In this document: positions 16,417-25,290 of the stretch, one piece after another | Layout of the letters: the number at the start of each line of letters is the position of its first letter | Position numbering within the stretch: the first letter of the stretch is position 1 | Sequence record: MZ443769.1 | DNA length: 64,000 nucleotides | Reading direction: 5' to 3' (one strand) | Program-made: the position numbers and the translations under genes | Notes under the pieces: generated by a model | The model's input: only the letters and a program-made list of their open reading frames with translations | Told to the model about the DNA's origin: nothing | Databases searched by the model: none

Positions 16417-16635
16417 ATGATGAAATTCCCAACACGCGGCCAGACTTACACACTGCGTCAAATTCTGCTTGAACTGCCTTTACGTGATTCCGCGTTCTTG
16501 CGTTTCTACCCGACTAAAGTTCGTTATGTCGGATCAAGTGAAGCAGATATTCAAGTCATTCAGACTTCTGCATTGAGCGACGAGCATTTGCTGCTTGACC
16601 CTAAGTGGGAAAACAGTGAGTGGACATTCGTCTAA
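16417..16635 (+). CDS. hypothetical protein
   Basis: CTGAGGAG RBS before ATG 16417. Confidence 0.75.
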   Translation: MMKFPTRGQTYTLRQILLELPLRDSAFLRFYPTKVRYVGSSEADIQVIQTSALSDEHLLLDPKWENSEWTFV

Positions 16636-16842
16636 GAGACTTACGAGTGGATTCCTATCTTCCGCGCAAAAGATAATGCAGCAATCGAAGCGCTGTGTAT
16701 TATCGAAGCTTCAACCGAGTCATTCCATCGTAACAACGGGCACATGCACGTATACCCAAAAGGTATGCAGTTCCCGCAGTACGAACCTTATGATGAAACA
16801 GTTCACGCCAGCTATCTTGAGCGTGTAGGCGAATAACAAAAC

Positions 16843-16874
16843 AGGGATGCTCACAAAGGTGGGTGTCCCCTTTT
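16843..16874 (+). terminator. Rho-independent terminator
   Basis: AGGGATGCTCAC-AAAG-GTGGGTGTCCCC then TTTT. Confidence 0.7.
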
Positions 16875-16896
16875 ACTTTCTGTTGAGGAAAAAGCT

Positions 16897-17406
16897 ATGA
16901 CAAATAACACCAGTGCTATCGTTCTGCGTCTCATGACTCACGTTCATCTGATGCACAGTGTAGAGCAGGTCTGCATCATGCAGGACGTTGTACGCATCCG
17001 TCTGTCTGGGATCATGTATGACGTGCGCACAAACGGCCATACGTTCTTAGTGCATGAGATTGAATCCTCCTGCATGTCATCAACTAAGGCAGCGCGAGAC
17101 CTTGAAGAGAAATTGAACGGCGAGCGTGAAGCGGTACCTGTGCACGGTTTAAAGATTCAACCACACTGGCCACCGATTATCGACAAATACACCCAGTCAA
17201 TGTCGCCTCAGTACATTCAAGAATACACGGAACATTGTGGTGGGCCTGACTTAGATGATCTCAAAACAAAAACTATCTGGGTAAGATCTCACTTGCTCGA
17301 ATTCTGGCGAGCGAATGGTCTGAACAATTTCCTCGACCACGTACTCTTTATCGAAGGTCGCATTCGCCGCGACGAGCTGTTCAAAGAAATCCAAAAGCAC
17401 TGCTAG
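16897..17406 (+). CDS. hypothetical protein
   Basis: GAGG RBS, 169 aa. Confidence 0.8.
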   Translation: MTNNTSAIVLRLMTHVHLMHSVEQVCIMQDVVRIRLSGIMYDVRTNGHTFLVHEIESSCMSSTKAARDLEEKLNGEREAVPVHGLKIQPHWPPIIDKYTQSMSPQYIQEYTEHCGGPDLDDLKTKTIWVRSHLLEFWRANGLNNFLDHVLFIEGRIRRDELFKEIQKHC

Positions 17407-17432
17407 TTCACTCATAACAAAAGAAGGACCAA

Positions 17433-17741
17433 ATGAAAACATTTCCGCTTAACTTAGCGGGCTTTGTTGTAGCGATTTATAGTCGCATTAAGTACCGTAG
17501 GGAAAGATTCAAAAACGAAATATTGGACGCGATTATAAAATTGAATCAACGAGACCGTAACCTGTTGTTCATCGTGTTTGATTTAGAAAACAATGACAGT
17601 GGCATAACTGCATTGTCTAACATGAGTCGCAGACAGCTTGCTGACCTGTGTGCTCAAAACTACGTGCGTGTCACAGGCAGAGATTGGCCAGTGTACCACA
17701 CATTCAACCAAGTAGTATCTGCAACTAGAAGATGGGGTTAA
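17433..17741 (+). CDS. hypothetical protein
   Basis: AAGGA RBS, 102 aa. Confidence 0.75.
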   Translation: MKTFPLNLAGFVVAIYSRIKYRRERFKNEILDAIIKLNQRDRNLLFIVFDLENNDSGITALSNMSRRQLADLCAQNYVRVTGRDWPVYHTFNQVVSATRRWG

Positions 17742-17743
17742 TC

Positions 17744-18184
17744 ATGAGCGATATAGATATTCTGATCCGTGAATACCAACGGGCGTATCTGAAAGCGGAA
17801 GCATCACACTGGGGAAACGTTGCGTACCACGTTGAAGATCTTACTGAGTGTTCGATCTACATGCGATTCCGTTCAGGCAGACAAGCTCTGTGGCAGCGAC
17901 CCGTTCTTGTACTCGCAACAATCGACGTGAAAAATCCTGGCAACGGTTTCTTCTCCAAGCTTCTCGCTGAAACGAAAGCCCTGTGCAAAGAACGCGACTG
18001 GGTGCTACAGCTTGAGAACGTGTTGACTCCGCAGTTTCGTCGCTTCCTATCTCGTGGTGGATTCACACCGCAAGGCGTAGACTCTGATTCTGATCATGGC
18101 AGTATGTACTGGTTTCATGATGAAAGCATCCTCAGCACAACACCTATGCGACCTGAGTATTTTGAATTGATCAAACAGCTCTGA
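17744..18184 (+). CDS. GNAT-like acetyltransferase (putative)
   Basis: IDVKNPGNGFFSKLL (motif A-like) and ENV..P.F..FL.R.GF (motif B-like). Confidence 0.5.
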   Translation: MSDIDILIREYQRAYLKAEASHWGNVAYHVEDLTECSIYMRFRSGRQALWQRPVLVLATIDVKNPGNGFFSKLLAETKALCKERDWVLQLENVLTPQFRRFLSRGGFTPQGVDSDSDHGSMYWFHDESILSTTPMRPEYFELIKQL

Positions 18185-18200
18185 ACATTGATAACCACCC

Positions 18201-18230
18201 AAGCACTGGTCTGAAAAGGTCAGTGCTTTT
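18201..18230 (+). terminator. Rho-independent terminator
   Basis: AAGCACTGGTC-TGAAAA-GGTCAGTGCTT then TT. Confidence 0.65.
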
Positions 18231-18251
18231 CCTACATTACTGGAGCACTAC

Positions 18252-19292
18252 ATGACTAACGAAACTGGCATGATGATTGATGAAGATGTTCTTGATTACC
18301 TCGAAGACAGACTCACGCATGAGATGCAAGACATTACCAATGCGTTGAACAACCTGCTGTATGCAAACCGCGCTGTGTTGCAGATATCCCACCTCGAATC
18401 AGATGAAGACATTGCTGCACTGTCTCACGCTGACCTTACGCTGCTGCTCAAGCTGGCTGACCCGAACAGTTCTTACGACAACGTTACTCTGTCTAACAGA
18501 AAGATTCTCGGTCTTGTGTTGAATGCTCTGAACGTTGTAGAGTATCGCCTGCCTACTTATCAATCCACTCTACTGGAGAAACGTGCCTTTGAGCTAAATG
18601 AAGTTCTCATTCTCGACAAGACTGTCGGCCAAGGCGTTATCTTCTCTGCTGCATGGAACTGGCTGCACGGCATTCAAGATGTGAATCTCGATCAGATTGG
18701 ATTCAGTGAAGCGCCTGAGACAGATGGTATCTATCTCGTACTTGATGAACATAAGCAAGTGCGTATGGGCAGACTGTTCCACAACGCAGATGATGGACTT
18801 TCGTTTATTGAGCAACATGCAAATGAAAGTTCTTTGTGGCACAAGGCAGAAGAACTCGACGAAGATGAATTGCCGATCTGCTTACTCACTAACTGGGTTC
18901 TGGTTATGCCTGAAGTAGTACCTACTGTACGTGCAACAGGTGCACCGCTTAAAGCTGCTACTGACTGCACTCGCATCTATGCGTTCGTGACAAACCTCAG
19001 CCCTCACGTTAAGACTGAACTTGTCACACACTTCGCAGGCATTCTTGATCGTGAACTTAATTCCGTTCAAGCGATAGGTCGTCTGTCTGAACTTGACTGG
19101 CAGAACGCAGCCCGCGCAGTTGCTGACGATGTGCTGTTACGCCTGAGTGACCGTACATCTTGGTCTACAGAGAAAGCGTGGCCGTGTTTCGTTGCTGTGT
19201 TAAAGGAGTTGGGCTTCAACTTCGAAACCCATCAGTTCGATGCTCAATATGAGTATGGTGCTAACGATGAAGAACATGATAGCGATTCGTAA
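18252..19292 (+). CDS. hypothetical protein
   Basis: 346 aa, GGAG RBS. Confidence 0.85.
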   Translation: MTNETGMMIDEDVLDYLEDRLTHEMQDITNALNNLLYANRAVLQISHLESDEDIAALSHADLTLLLKLADPNSSYDNVTLSNRKILGLVLNALNVVEYRLPTYQSTLLEKRAFELNEVLILDKTVGQGVIFSAAWNWLHGIQDVNLDQIGFSEAPETDGIYLVLDEHKQVRMGRLFHNADDGLSFIEQHANESSLWHKAEELDEDELPICLLTNWVLVMPEVVPTVRATGAPLKAATDCTRIYAFVTNLSPHVKTELVTHFAGILDRELNSVQAIGRLSELDWQNAARAVADDVLLRLSDRTSWSTEKAWPCFVAVLKELGFNFETHQFDAQYEYGANDEEHDSDS

Positions 19293-19488
19293 AAAGTTAT
19301 ATTTGAATGTGACAGCCTTAGTGCTGTCCTTCATTCTTATCACACTGCTTTGTTGGTCTGACCTAGACGTGTTTGCTTTTGCATACGCTATGCTGCTGGG
19401 TCTATCTCTATTCTGCGCAGGCGTTGCTGTTGGCCGCGTAGAAAAAACAATTGAAGAACTATTTGAAAAGGAAGATCAGAATGGCTAA
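19276..19488 (+). CDS. small two-TM membrane protein
   Basis: Two hydrophobic stretches; overlaps both neighbours. Confidence 0.65.
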   Translation: MIAIRKKLYLNVTALVLSFILITLLCWSDLDVFAFAYAMLLGLSLFCAGVAVGRVEKTIEELFEKEDQNG

Positions 19489-20026
19489 GTCACTCGGCGT
19501 ATACATGACATACGTGTTACGTCACAGTCCGCAATCAATCGGTATTGCTATGGACACTCAGGGTTGGGTATCAGTTTCTGATTTCTTGCAGAAGCAACAA
19601 TGGCACAAGACAAAGACTGTCTCTCTGGAAATGCTGATCGAAGAAGTGGCGAATGACGAGAAAGGCAGATTCGAGTTGAACACAAGTCAGACCAAGATTC
19701 GTTGTGTTCAAGGCCACTCTGTTGAGCATGTGATTCTTAACTTGCAGGACTACATGCCTGAAGATTACCTGTATCACGGTACTGCTGAAAAGAACTTGGC
19801 AATCATCTTACAGGAAGGTCTGAGCAAGATGCGCCGCAAGCACGTTCACATCTCTGACAACCAAACTACTGCAATGCAAGTAGGTCAGCGACACGGCAAA
19901 CCTGTTGTGCTTTCAGTTGACGCCGCTACTATGGCTTCTCATGGATATAAGTTCTACCGTGCAGAGAACGGAGTCATTTTGATTAACGAAGTACCTCCAC
20001 GATATCTTAGGATTGCTCATGAATAA
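19481..20026 (+). CDS. kptA: RNA 2'-phosphotransferase (Tpt1/KptA)
   Basis: YVLRH.P..IG..MD..GWV, RFE, IRCVQGHS, LYHGT, GL..M.R.HVH, G.RHGKPVVL.VDA, ENGV..VPP.YL. Confidence 0.93.
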   Translation: MAKSLGVYMTYVLRHSPQSIGIAMDTQGWVSVSDFLQKQQWHKTKTVSLEMLIEEVANDEKGRFELNTSQTKIRCVQGHSVEHVILNLQDYMPEDYLYHGTAEKNLAIILQEGLSKMRRKHVHISDNQTTAMQVGQRHGKPVVLSVDAATMASHGYKFYRAENGVILINEVPPRYLRIAHE

Positions 20027-20417
20027 AAGATACTATCAATATCTAGGTGGCCGTCGATTTGTCAGATCGCCTAGCGGTACTTGGTACTTCGTGTTTCAAC
20101 GCGATGGTGCTATGGTAACGAACAGCAACGGAACAACGTTCTACCGTACAGGTTCAGAAGTGTGGAAAGATATCACGATGACTGAACGTAACCAACTTGA
20201 ACGCATGTTCGTGGAATCGAGACAAGCCGAACGCAAAGTAATGAAAGAGGAAGATATGCACTGGCTGACCCTGATCCGTGTTCTTATCAATGACTCAATG
20301 ATTGAAAGCAACGAAAACAAGGCCGAATTGGCAGGGCTTTTAGATGGGCTGCGCATAGCGTCATATCAAGAGAAGCTGTCTGATCTAGACACATTATTGG
20401 ACAAAACGTCTGTATAA
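20019..20417 (+). CDS. hypothetical protein
   Basis: AGGA RBS, overlaps the kptA stop. Confidence 0.75.
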   Translation: MNKRYYQYLGGRRFVRSPSGTWYFVFQRDGAMVTNSNGTTFYRTGSEVWKDITMTERNQLERMFVESRQAERKVMKEEDMHWLTLIRVLINDSMIESNENKAELAGLLDGLRIASYQEKLSDLDTLLDKTSV

Positions 20418-20441
20418 AGTGTAAGCACAACCTGTTATACT
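20398..20441 (+). promoter_or_regulatory. class I phage promoter (variant)
   Basis: TGGACAAAACGT, 26 nt, (TGt)TATACT. Confidence 0.55.
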
Positions 20442-20492
20442 ATCAATGAACGCTAGACATTCTGTTTAGCTATTTACATGAGGAACATGTAC

Positions 20493-21854
20493 ATGAAAAA
20501 GATCAAACACACTTTCCGCCTTGCTGACTTGGTTCACATCAAACCAAACACAAAGAAAACCCGCAGTCACTTCGAATCCGATGTTGATGCAATCGTCGTT
20601 GGCCGTGATGATGAAGAAGACAAGTATGACCTTCACATTAAAGGTGTTGGTGTAAGTGCTTGGTACCCAGCAGAAGACCTGATTCTGATCAAACACGATC
20701 AGAGCGAACTGCTTGACCAGTGGGAATCCGGCAACTACGGGAAAAAGAAGCGCAAGATTCCTAAGACGCTGCGTAACTTCACGGCGATTCTGCCTGTGAC
20801 CTGCAACGCCGATTGTTCGTTCTGTCCAGAGAAAGAGATGGAAACGAAAGCTGGCCAGAAAGAATGGCAAGACAATCTGATCGCCTCTATTCTTGCGCAG
20901 GAACATCGCTTCGACCACGTATCAATCAGTGGCGGCGAACCTACTCTGCGTCAGAAATTCCTGTTCGAAACGATCGACCGTATTCTGTCTGAGACTTCAA
21001 TCAAGAAAGTCGGTCTGACTTCTAACGGCCAATTCCTTGAGAAGCATAACAACACTCTGGACTTTCTTGATCGTAACACAACGCTTGAGATGACGAGCAA
21101 GCTGTCGCATCTGAATATCAGTATGCACTCATTCAACCGTGACCGTGCAAACGAAATCATGGGCGTGAAGTATCAGCACAGTCTGGAGGAGCTTGCCCGC
21201 TTCCGTCGTCAGTTAGGTCGCAACGTTAGTTTCCACATTAACTTTGTTCTGAATGAAAAGTCCGATGACTATCAGAAAGAGTTTCTGGCAGCACAAGCTT
21301 TCATGAAAGAGCATCCGTACATTGATGTTGTATTCCGTGTTGACTACAACAACAAAGAGCTGTCGCAAGAGCTGCGCGACTACGCTATGTCCGTTGAAGA
21401 GTATCACGCACAATCTGCTGATGCTGTTAAACGCCGCTTGAAGTTCAAGGCGCCTAAAGTATTACGTCCTAAGCTTGTTCAGAAGTTTGATGGCGTCTTC
21501 GGTCATAACGAAGATCACGAAGAAGGTGCTTGGACAACGGGCTGTCCGTCTTGCTTCACTCACTGTTCTGATTCCGTCAACAATAGTCATGCGTACTTGA
21601 AAGCGAGTTCATACGAACCGAATGAAGATGAAGATGAATACACTGAGATGGTGTTTCACATGGACGGTAAGTTGTACTTCGATTGGTCGCGTGTGGATGT
21701 AGTGCCTGCTAAGAAACCGAAAGCTAAGAAAGTTGTGGCGAAAGCTAAGAAAGAAAAGAAAGAAAAGAAAGAAAAGACTAAACGCGATTGTGTGTACTAC
21801 CCGCGTTCTGGTTGTTCTTATGCTCGTACTGGCGTAGGCTCTTGTCAATTTTAA
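20493..21854 (+). CDS. radical SAM protein with N-terminal SH3-like domain
   Basis: CxxxCxxC (TCNADCSFC), ISGGEP, TSNG, LNIS; start could be 20478, 20487 or 20493 (GAGGA RBS best fits 20493). Confidence 0.85.
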   Translation: MKKIKHTFRLADLVHIKPNTKKTRSHFESDVDAIVVGRDDEEDKYDLHIKGVGVSAWYPAEDLILIKHDQSELLDQWESGNYGKKKRKIPKTLRNFTAILPVTCNADCSFCPEKEMETKAGQKEWQDNLIASILAQEHRFDHVSISGGEPTLRQKFLFETIDRILSETSIKKVGLTSNGQFLEKHNNTLDFLDRNTTLEMTSKLSHLNISMHSFNRDRANEIMGVKYQHSLEELARFRRQLGRNVSFHINFVLNEKSDDYQKEFLAAQAFMKEHPYIDVVFRVDYNNKELSQELRDYAMSVEEYHAQSADAVKRRLKFKAPKVLRPKLVQKFDGVFGHNEDHEEGAWTTGCPSCFTHCSDSVNNSHAYLKASSYEPNEDEDEYTEMVFHMDGKLYFDWSRVDVVPAKKPKAKKVVAKAKKEKKEKKEKTKRDCVYYPRSGCSYARTGVGSCQF

Positions 21855-21864
21855 GGGGATAAAA

Positions 21865-22419
21865 ATGAAACCTGTTGAACATTCCGAAGGTTACTGGGCA
21901 TCTGCACTCTGCCCTCTTCTGCCTACAGCGATTCATAAAGATCGCGCATGGCACGGCAAGAAACAGTTTCTTGCAAAACTTGATCGCGTAGAGTTGCAAG
22001 CGAACCGTGTGCAATTCCGTGGCATCTCTAAATGTCGTCTGTGTAACTGTCAGAACGGTGGCGGTACCTTTGAGTATCTCGGCTGGCGTTGGCCTCAAGG
22101 CTATTCTCATTACATCGACGAGCACAACATCAAGCCGTCTGCTGAGTTCTTTGAATTCGTTAATCGTTGTACAACCGATCCGAAGATCAAAGTAGACGTA
22201 AGCACAGGCGTAACGAAAAAAGAGATGTTGCTTCTGGAGCATGTTGCATGTGCCTATGCAGGCAACGAACAAGTTCGCCTACATGCAATGTATATTGTAG
22301 CTAAGATGCTACGTGCTGAACGCGGCCAGAACATGCCGCACACTAACGTGGTTATTGTTGATGAAAAGAGTAGCGAAGACGAACTCCGCGCTGCTCTGAA
22401 AAGAATGGGAGTCTTATAA
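21865..22419 (+). CDS. hypothetical protein with CxxC and W.WP.GY.HYI..H motif
   Basis: AAGGGG RBS; FRGISKCRLC...NG...W.WP.GYSHYI.EHNIKPS.EF. Confidence 0.8.
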   Translation: MKPVEHSEGYWASALCPLLPTAIHKDRAWHGKKQFLAKLDRVELQANRVQFRGISKCRLCNCQNGGGTFEYLGWRWPQGYSHYIDEHNIKPSAEFFEFVNRCTTDPKIKVDVSTGVTKKEMLLLEHVACAYAGNEQVRLHAMYIVAKMLRAERGQNMPHTNVVIVDEKSSEDELRAALKRMGVL

Positions 22420-22751
22420 TGTATTCTGTTTATTACACTGCGTACCATACGTGGCGCAAACGCTTTTCTATTGTCGTCTTGTTGTTAGTTCTGACTCTGA
22501 TTGCTCAGGGTTACATGAGTCAAACAATGGCGAACAGTTACTGGATGTGGATTGGCATTCTGTACATCATACCGCTTGCTGTTAGTTGGTACTACATGGC
22601 TTTCTATAGTGACTGTCTGATTTCTGATTTGCAGGCAGGAACTCACGTTGTCTGTCCTGGCTATGACAAGTGGAAAAAGCGACACATCGCTTGGTACACA
22701 AAACGTTTTGGCAGCGCACCTCGTATTAAACAGATGGGGGATAATAACTAA
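22419..22751 (+). CDS. membrane protein
   Basis: Two hydrophobic segments, GGAG RBS. Confidence 0.75.
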   Translation: MYSVYYTAYHTWRKRFSIVVLLLVLTLIAQGYMSQTMANSYWMWIGILYIIPLAVSWYYMAFYSDCLISDLQAGTHVVCPGYDKWKKRHIAWYTKRFGSAPRIKQMGDNN

Positions 22752-23077
22752 TGATTACTTTCCTTCTCCGTGCTCTAGGCTTGCGCTACCCCTCAGTCTA
22801 TTGTGCCCTGAACAATATGCGCAAAGATTGTGTGCGTATCTCCTATGACTCTTACGTTGTAAAAAATTCTTCTGGATTGGCCGAAGCAATCAATGACTAT
22901 ATCAAAAATACTTACGATATGGTTAGCCCTAATGATCGTGATACAGCTTCGGCGTTGCGCGTTAATCTTTTAGAAGGTGCAACAAACGTGCATTATCCTA
23001 GCGTTGTGTGGGTGGCGCAGAGTTCATTGGAAATTCTGCATGTTGATTATGATCAATCTGATGCGTACGGAGCGTAG
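22751..23077 (+). CDS. hypothetical protein
   Basis: TAATG coupling with upstream gene. Confidence 0.75.
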   Translation: MITFLLRALGLRYPSVYCALNNMRKDCVRISYDSYVVKNSSGLAEAINDYIKNTYDMVSPNDRDTASALRVNLLEGATNVHYPSVVWVAQSSLEILHVDYDQSDAYGA

Positions 23078-23080
23078 CTA

Positions 23081-23557
23081 ATGAGTCGTCTGTTTACTGA
23101 GAACCACCGCAAGAAACATCACGTTGCTTCAACTGACCCTAAATATCATGGTGCTGAGTGTGAAGCAATCTATCTCAACGGTATGGAGTTGTTGAAAGAG
23201 CATCACTACCTACGCTCTGTGCTGACCAACATAAATATTGTTGCTAGTTCTTCTAGCATCACTAATAAGACAACGCGCAAGACTCGTAACGCTTGGGTGA
23301 AAGCTGTTGCTTCCCTCGCAGACGAACCGCGTAGTCGTGCAACTCTTATTGCTCGGTACAACGATGTTGCCGAGCTGCTGAAAGATGCAAGGCACTCTTA
23401 TTCCGAGTACCACAGCGAACGACACGGCGTGCCTATCCTGTATCACGTAGTCGACCCGCGTATGCAGGTTCTCGTCAAGTGTCACACTCACGGGTATGCC
23501 CGTCACTATATCGACTCAACGGGCATCATCGCAAAACTTAAATATATTAAGGTGTAA
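23081..23557 (+). CDS. hypothetical protein
   Basis: GGAG RBS, 158 aa. Confidence 0.75.
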   Translation: MSRLFTENHRKKHHVASTDPKYHGAECEAIYLNGMELLKEHHYLRSVLTNINIVASSSSITNKTTRKTRNAWVKAVASLADEPRSRATLIARYNDVAELLKDARHSYSEYHSERHGVPILYHVVDPRMQVLVKCHTHGYARHYIDSTGIIAKLKYIKV

Positions 23558-23561
23558 AGAA

Positions 23562-23819
23562 ATGGCTGTAGGCTTTGGACCTGCTGATGGTGTTCAAGAT
23601 ACCATCCACGCAAACTTGATGAATGAACTTGATCGCGTTCGTTCAGAACTTCAAGGTAGTGGTAGCGATTATTGCCATGACTGTGACGCAGAGATTCCAG
23701 TCATGCGCAAGCTTGCAATGCCGAACGCTATCTACTGTGTAAGCTGTCAATCAGATCACGACGGCAGCGCTCACGTTTCCTATAATCGACGTGGTTCGAA
23801 AGACTCACAGTTGAGGTAA
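23562..23819 (+). CDS. ybiI: DksA/TraR-family C4 zinc-finger protein, YbiI-like
   Basis: CHDCDAEIP..RK.AMP....CVSCQ and C-terminus YNRRGSKDSQLR, as recalled for E. coli YbiI; ATG 23562 with AAGG RBS. Confidence 0.85.
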   Translation: MAVGFGPADGVQDTIHANLMNELDRVRSELQGSGSDYCHDCDAEIPVMRKLAMPNAIYCVSCQSDHDGSAHVSYNRRGSKDSQLR

Positions 23820-23821
23820 GT

Positions 23822-24187
23822 ATGGGTATCAGATATATTCCTCGTTGGATTTACCTGAGTGTCAAACGTGTCGTTCTCTCCATAGAATTGAAACTGCTTG
23901 AACGTAAAGTCCAGCGAACGGAAGAACAAAGAGTTGTGTTTGATGCGATTGCGAACATGGGCGTTCGTGGTCATCAAGTCTTGGTTTACTTTGATCGTTA
24001 CTACAAGAAACCTCGTGGCATTAGTCACAATCTTGTTTACTTGTGGCCGAAGAAAACACTGCATCAAGTATTCCACAATAACGGCATTGAAGTGTCAGAC
24101 ACACCTGACTACGAAGTTGCGTTCAACCAACTACTCGACAAAGTATACAGAGAAGATAAGCATGAAACCGACTATATGGAAAGTTAA
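23822..24187 (+). CDS. hypothetical protein
   Basis: GAGG RBS. Confidence 0.7.
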   Translation: MGIRYIPRWIYLSVKRVVLSIELKLLERKVQRTEEQRVVFDAIANMGVRGHQVLVYFDRYYKKPRGISHNLVYLWPKKTLHQVFHNNGIEVSDTPDYEVAFNQLLDKVYREDKHETDYMES

Positions 24188-24521
24188 GTACACGCAGAAA
24201 GATAATCCAAGTAATACACATGACGCTATCTTTTACTCTCAAGAGGACTTTGAGAAATCCGCGTGGTTGCATTCGCTCAACTTCACTGTCGATGTTCAGA
24301 CTTTCATTGAGCTGCCTCTCGATTCGTTTCAATACCCGGACGTTCCAAGCACCACGGAACCTCCGCGTATCTTTAGCGTTAAGCATTACACAGGCGACGA
24401 GCATCCGTCACTGATAGGCATGAAGCAATACTTCCACGTCATTGGTGATCGTGAAGAAGTACAGGACTTTGCTGATATGCTCAACACCGCACTGCTGTGT
24501 GCATCAAAAGTTAAACAGTAG
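24162..24521 (+). CDS. hypothetical protein
   Basis: ATG 24162 (MKPTIWK) in the listed 23898 frame. Confidence 0.7.
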   Translation: MKPTIWKVKYTQKDNPSNTHDAIFYSQEDFEKSAWLHSLNFTVDVQTFIELPLDSFQYPDVPSTTEPPRIFSVKHYTGDEHPSLIGMKQYFHVIGDREEVQDFADMLNTALLCASKVKQ

Positions 24522-24528
24522 GTGAATC

Positions 24529-24864
24529 ATGAACGAGAAATTCGGTGGAATCTCTGACGAAGAAGTGGAAGTCTTCTTGAAGCAGAATGGTTTTATGCAA
24601 GTGCGTAAGCTTGAGACAGGTGAATGGATTGGACTGATGCGCCTAGCATTCACAATGAGCGTGTGTTGTGATATTGATGACATGACACCGTTTCGTTATC
24701 GTTGGTGTTTCAGCGAACTTGCCGAAGCCATGCACTTCTTCGCTGTATGCAAGTCTGTGACAGAAGTACCTGAAGAAGATCGTAGACATTCACTTGCTGG
24801 TCATCGGTACATTGATAAGCCGTTACTCGTTCTGTACAACGAAGTGGGCTTGCCTCGCTGGTAG
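24529..24864 (+). CDS. hypothetical protein
   Basis: AGGTG RBS, 111 aa. Confidence 0.8.
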   Translation: MNEKFGGISDEEVEVFLKQNGFMQVRKLETGEWIGLMRLAFTMSVCCDIDDMTPFRYRWCFSELAEAMHFFAVCKSVTEVPEEDRRHSLAGHRYIDKPLLVLYNEVGLPRW

Positions 24865-24874
24865 TCGATACGAT

Positions 24875-24883
24875 TCTGTAAAT
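24875..24883 (+). promoter_or_regulatory. TCTGTAAAT class II motif
   Basis: Intergenic, about 32 nt before ATG 24916. Confidence 0.45.
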
Positions 24884-24915
24884 CCCCTCTATAACTGTTG
24901 AGTAAGGAAAAGAAA

Positions 24916-25281
24916 ATGATTAAACAACTTCCGAACATCGTCAAAGGTATGAACTGTGACGATGCTGCCGATTACGTCGGACTTCACGAGTACAGCGCTA
25001 CTGTCAAAGGTACGTGGCGTCTCATTCATGGTTTGAGTGCAAGCGGTGAACGGGTCGTTGTCCTGTCCGTACCTCAAGACCATCATGTGCTGCCTGACTA
25101 CAAAGGCGTTCAGACTCTTATCCACTACGGCTTCAAAGAAGTGGACGCTCTGCTTGCGTTGTGTATTCATCGTAACGAGTATGCACAAATGAAGAAGAAA
25201 GACAGAGCTGCCAAACGTAAAGCAGCCGAAGTAAAACAACAACCGCGTCGCAGCGGTCCTGTATCTCTCGACGACCTTTAA
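24916..25281 (+). CDS. hypothetical protein
   Basis: AAGGA RBS before ATG 24916. Confidence 0.8.
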   Translation: MIKQLPNIVKGMNCDDAADYVGLHEYSATVKGTWRLIHGLSASGERVVVLSVPQDHHVLPDYKGVQTLIHYGFKEVDALLALCIHRNEYAQMKKKDRAAKRKAAEVKQQPRRSGPVSLDDL

Positions 25282-25290
25282 GGAACAATC

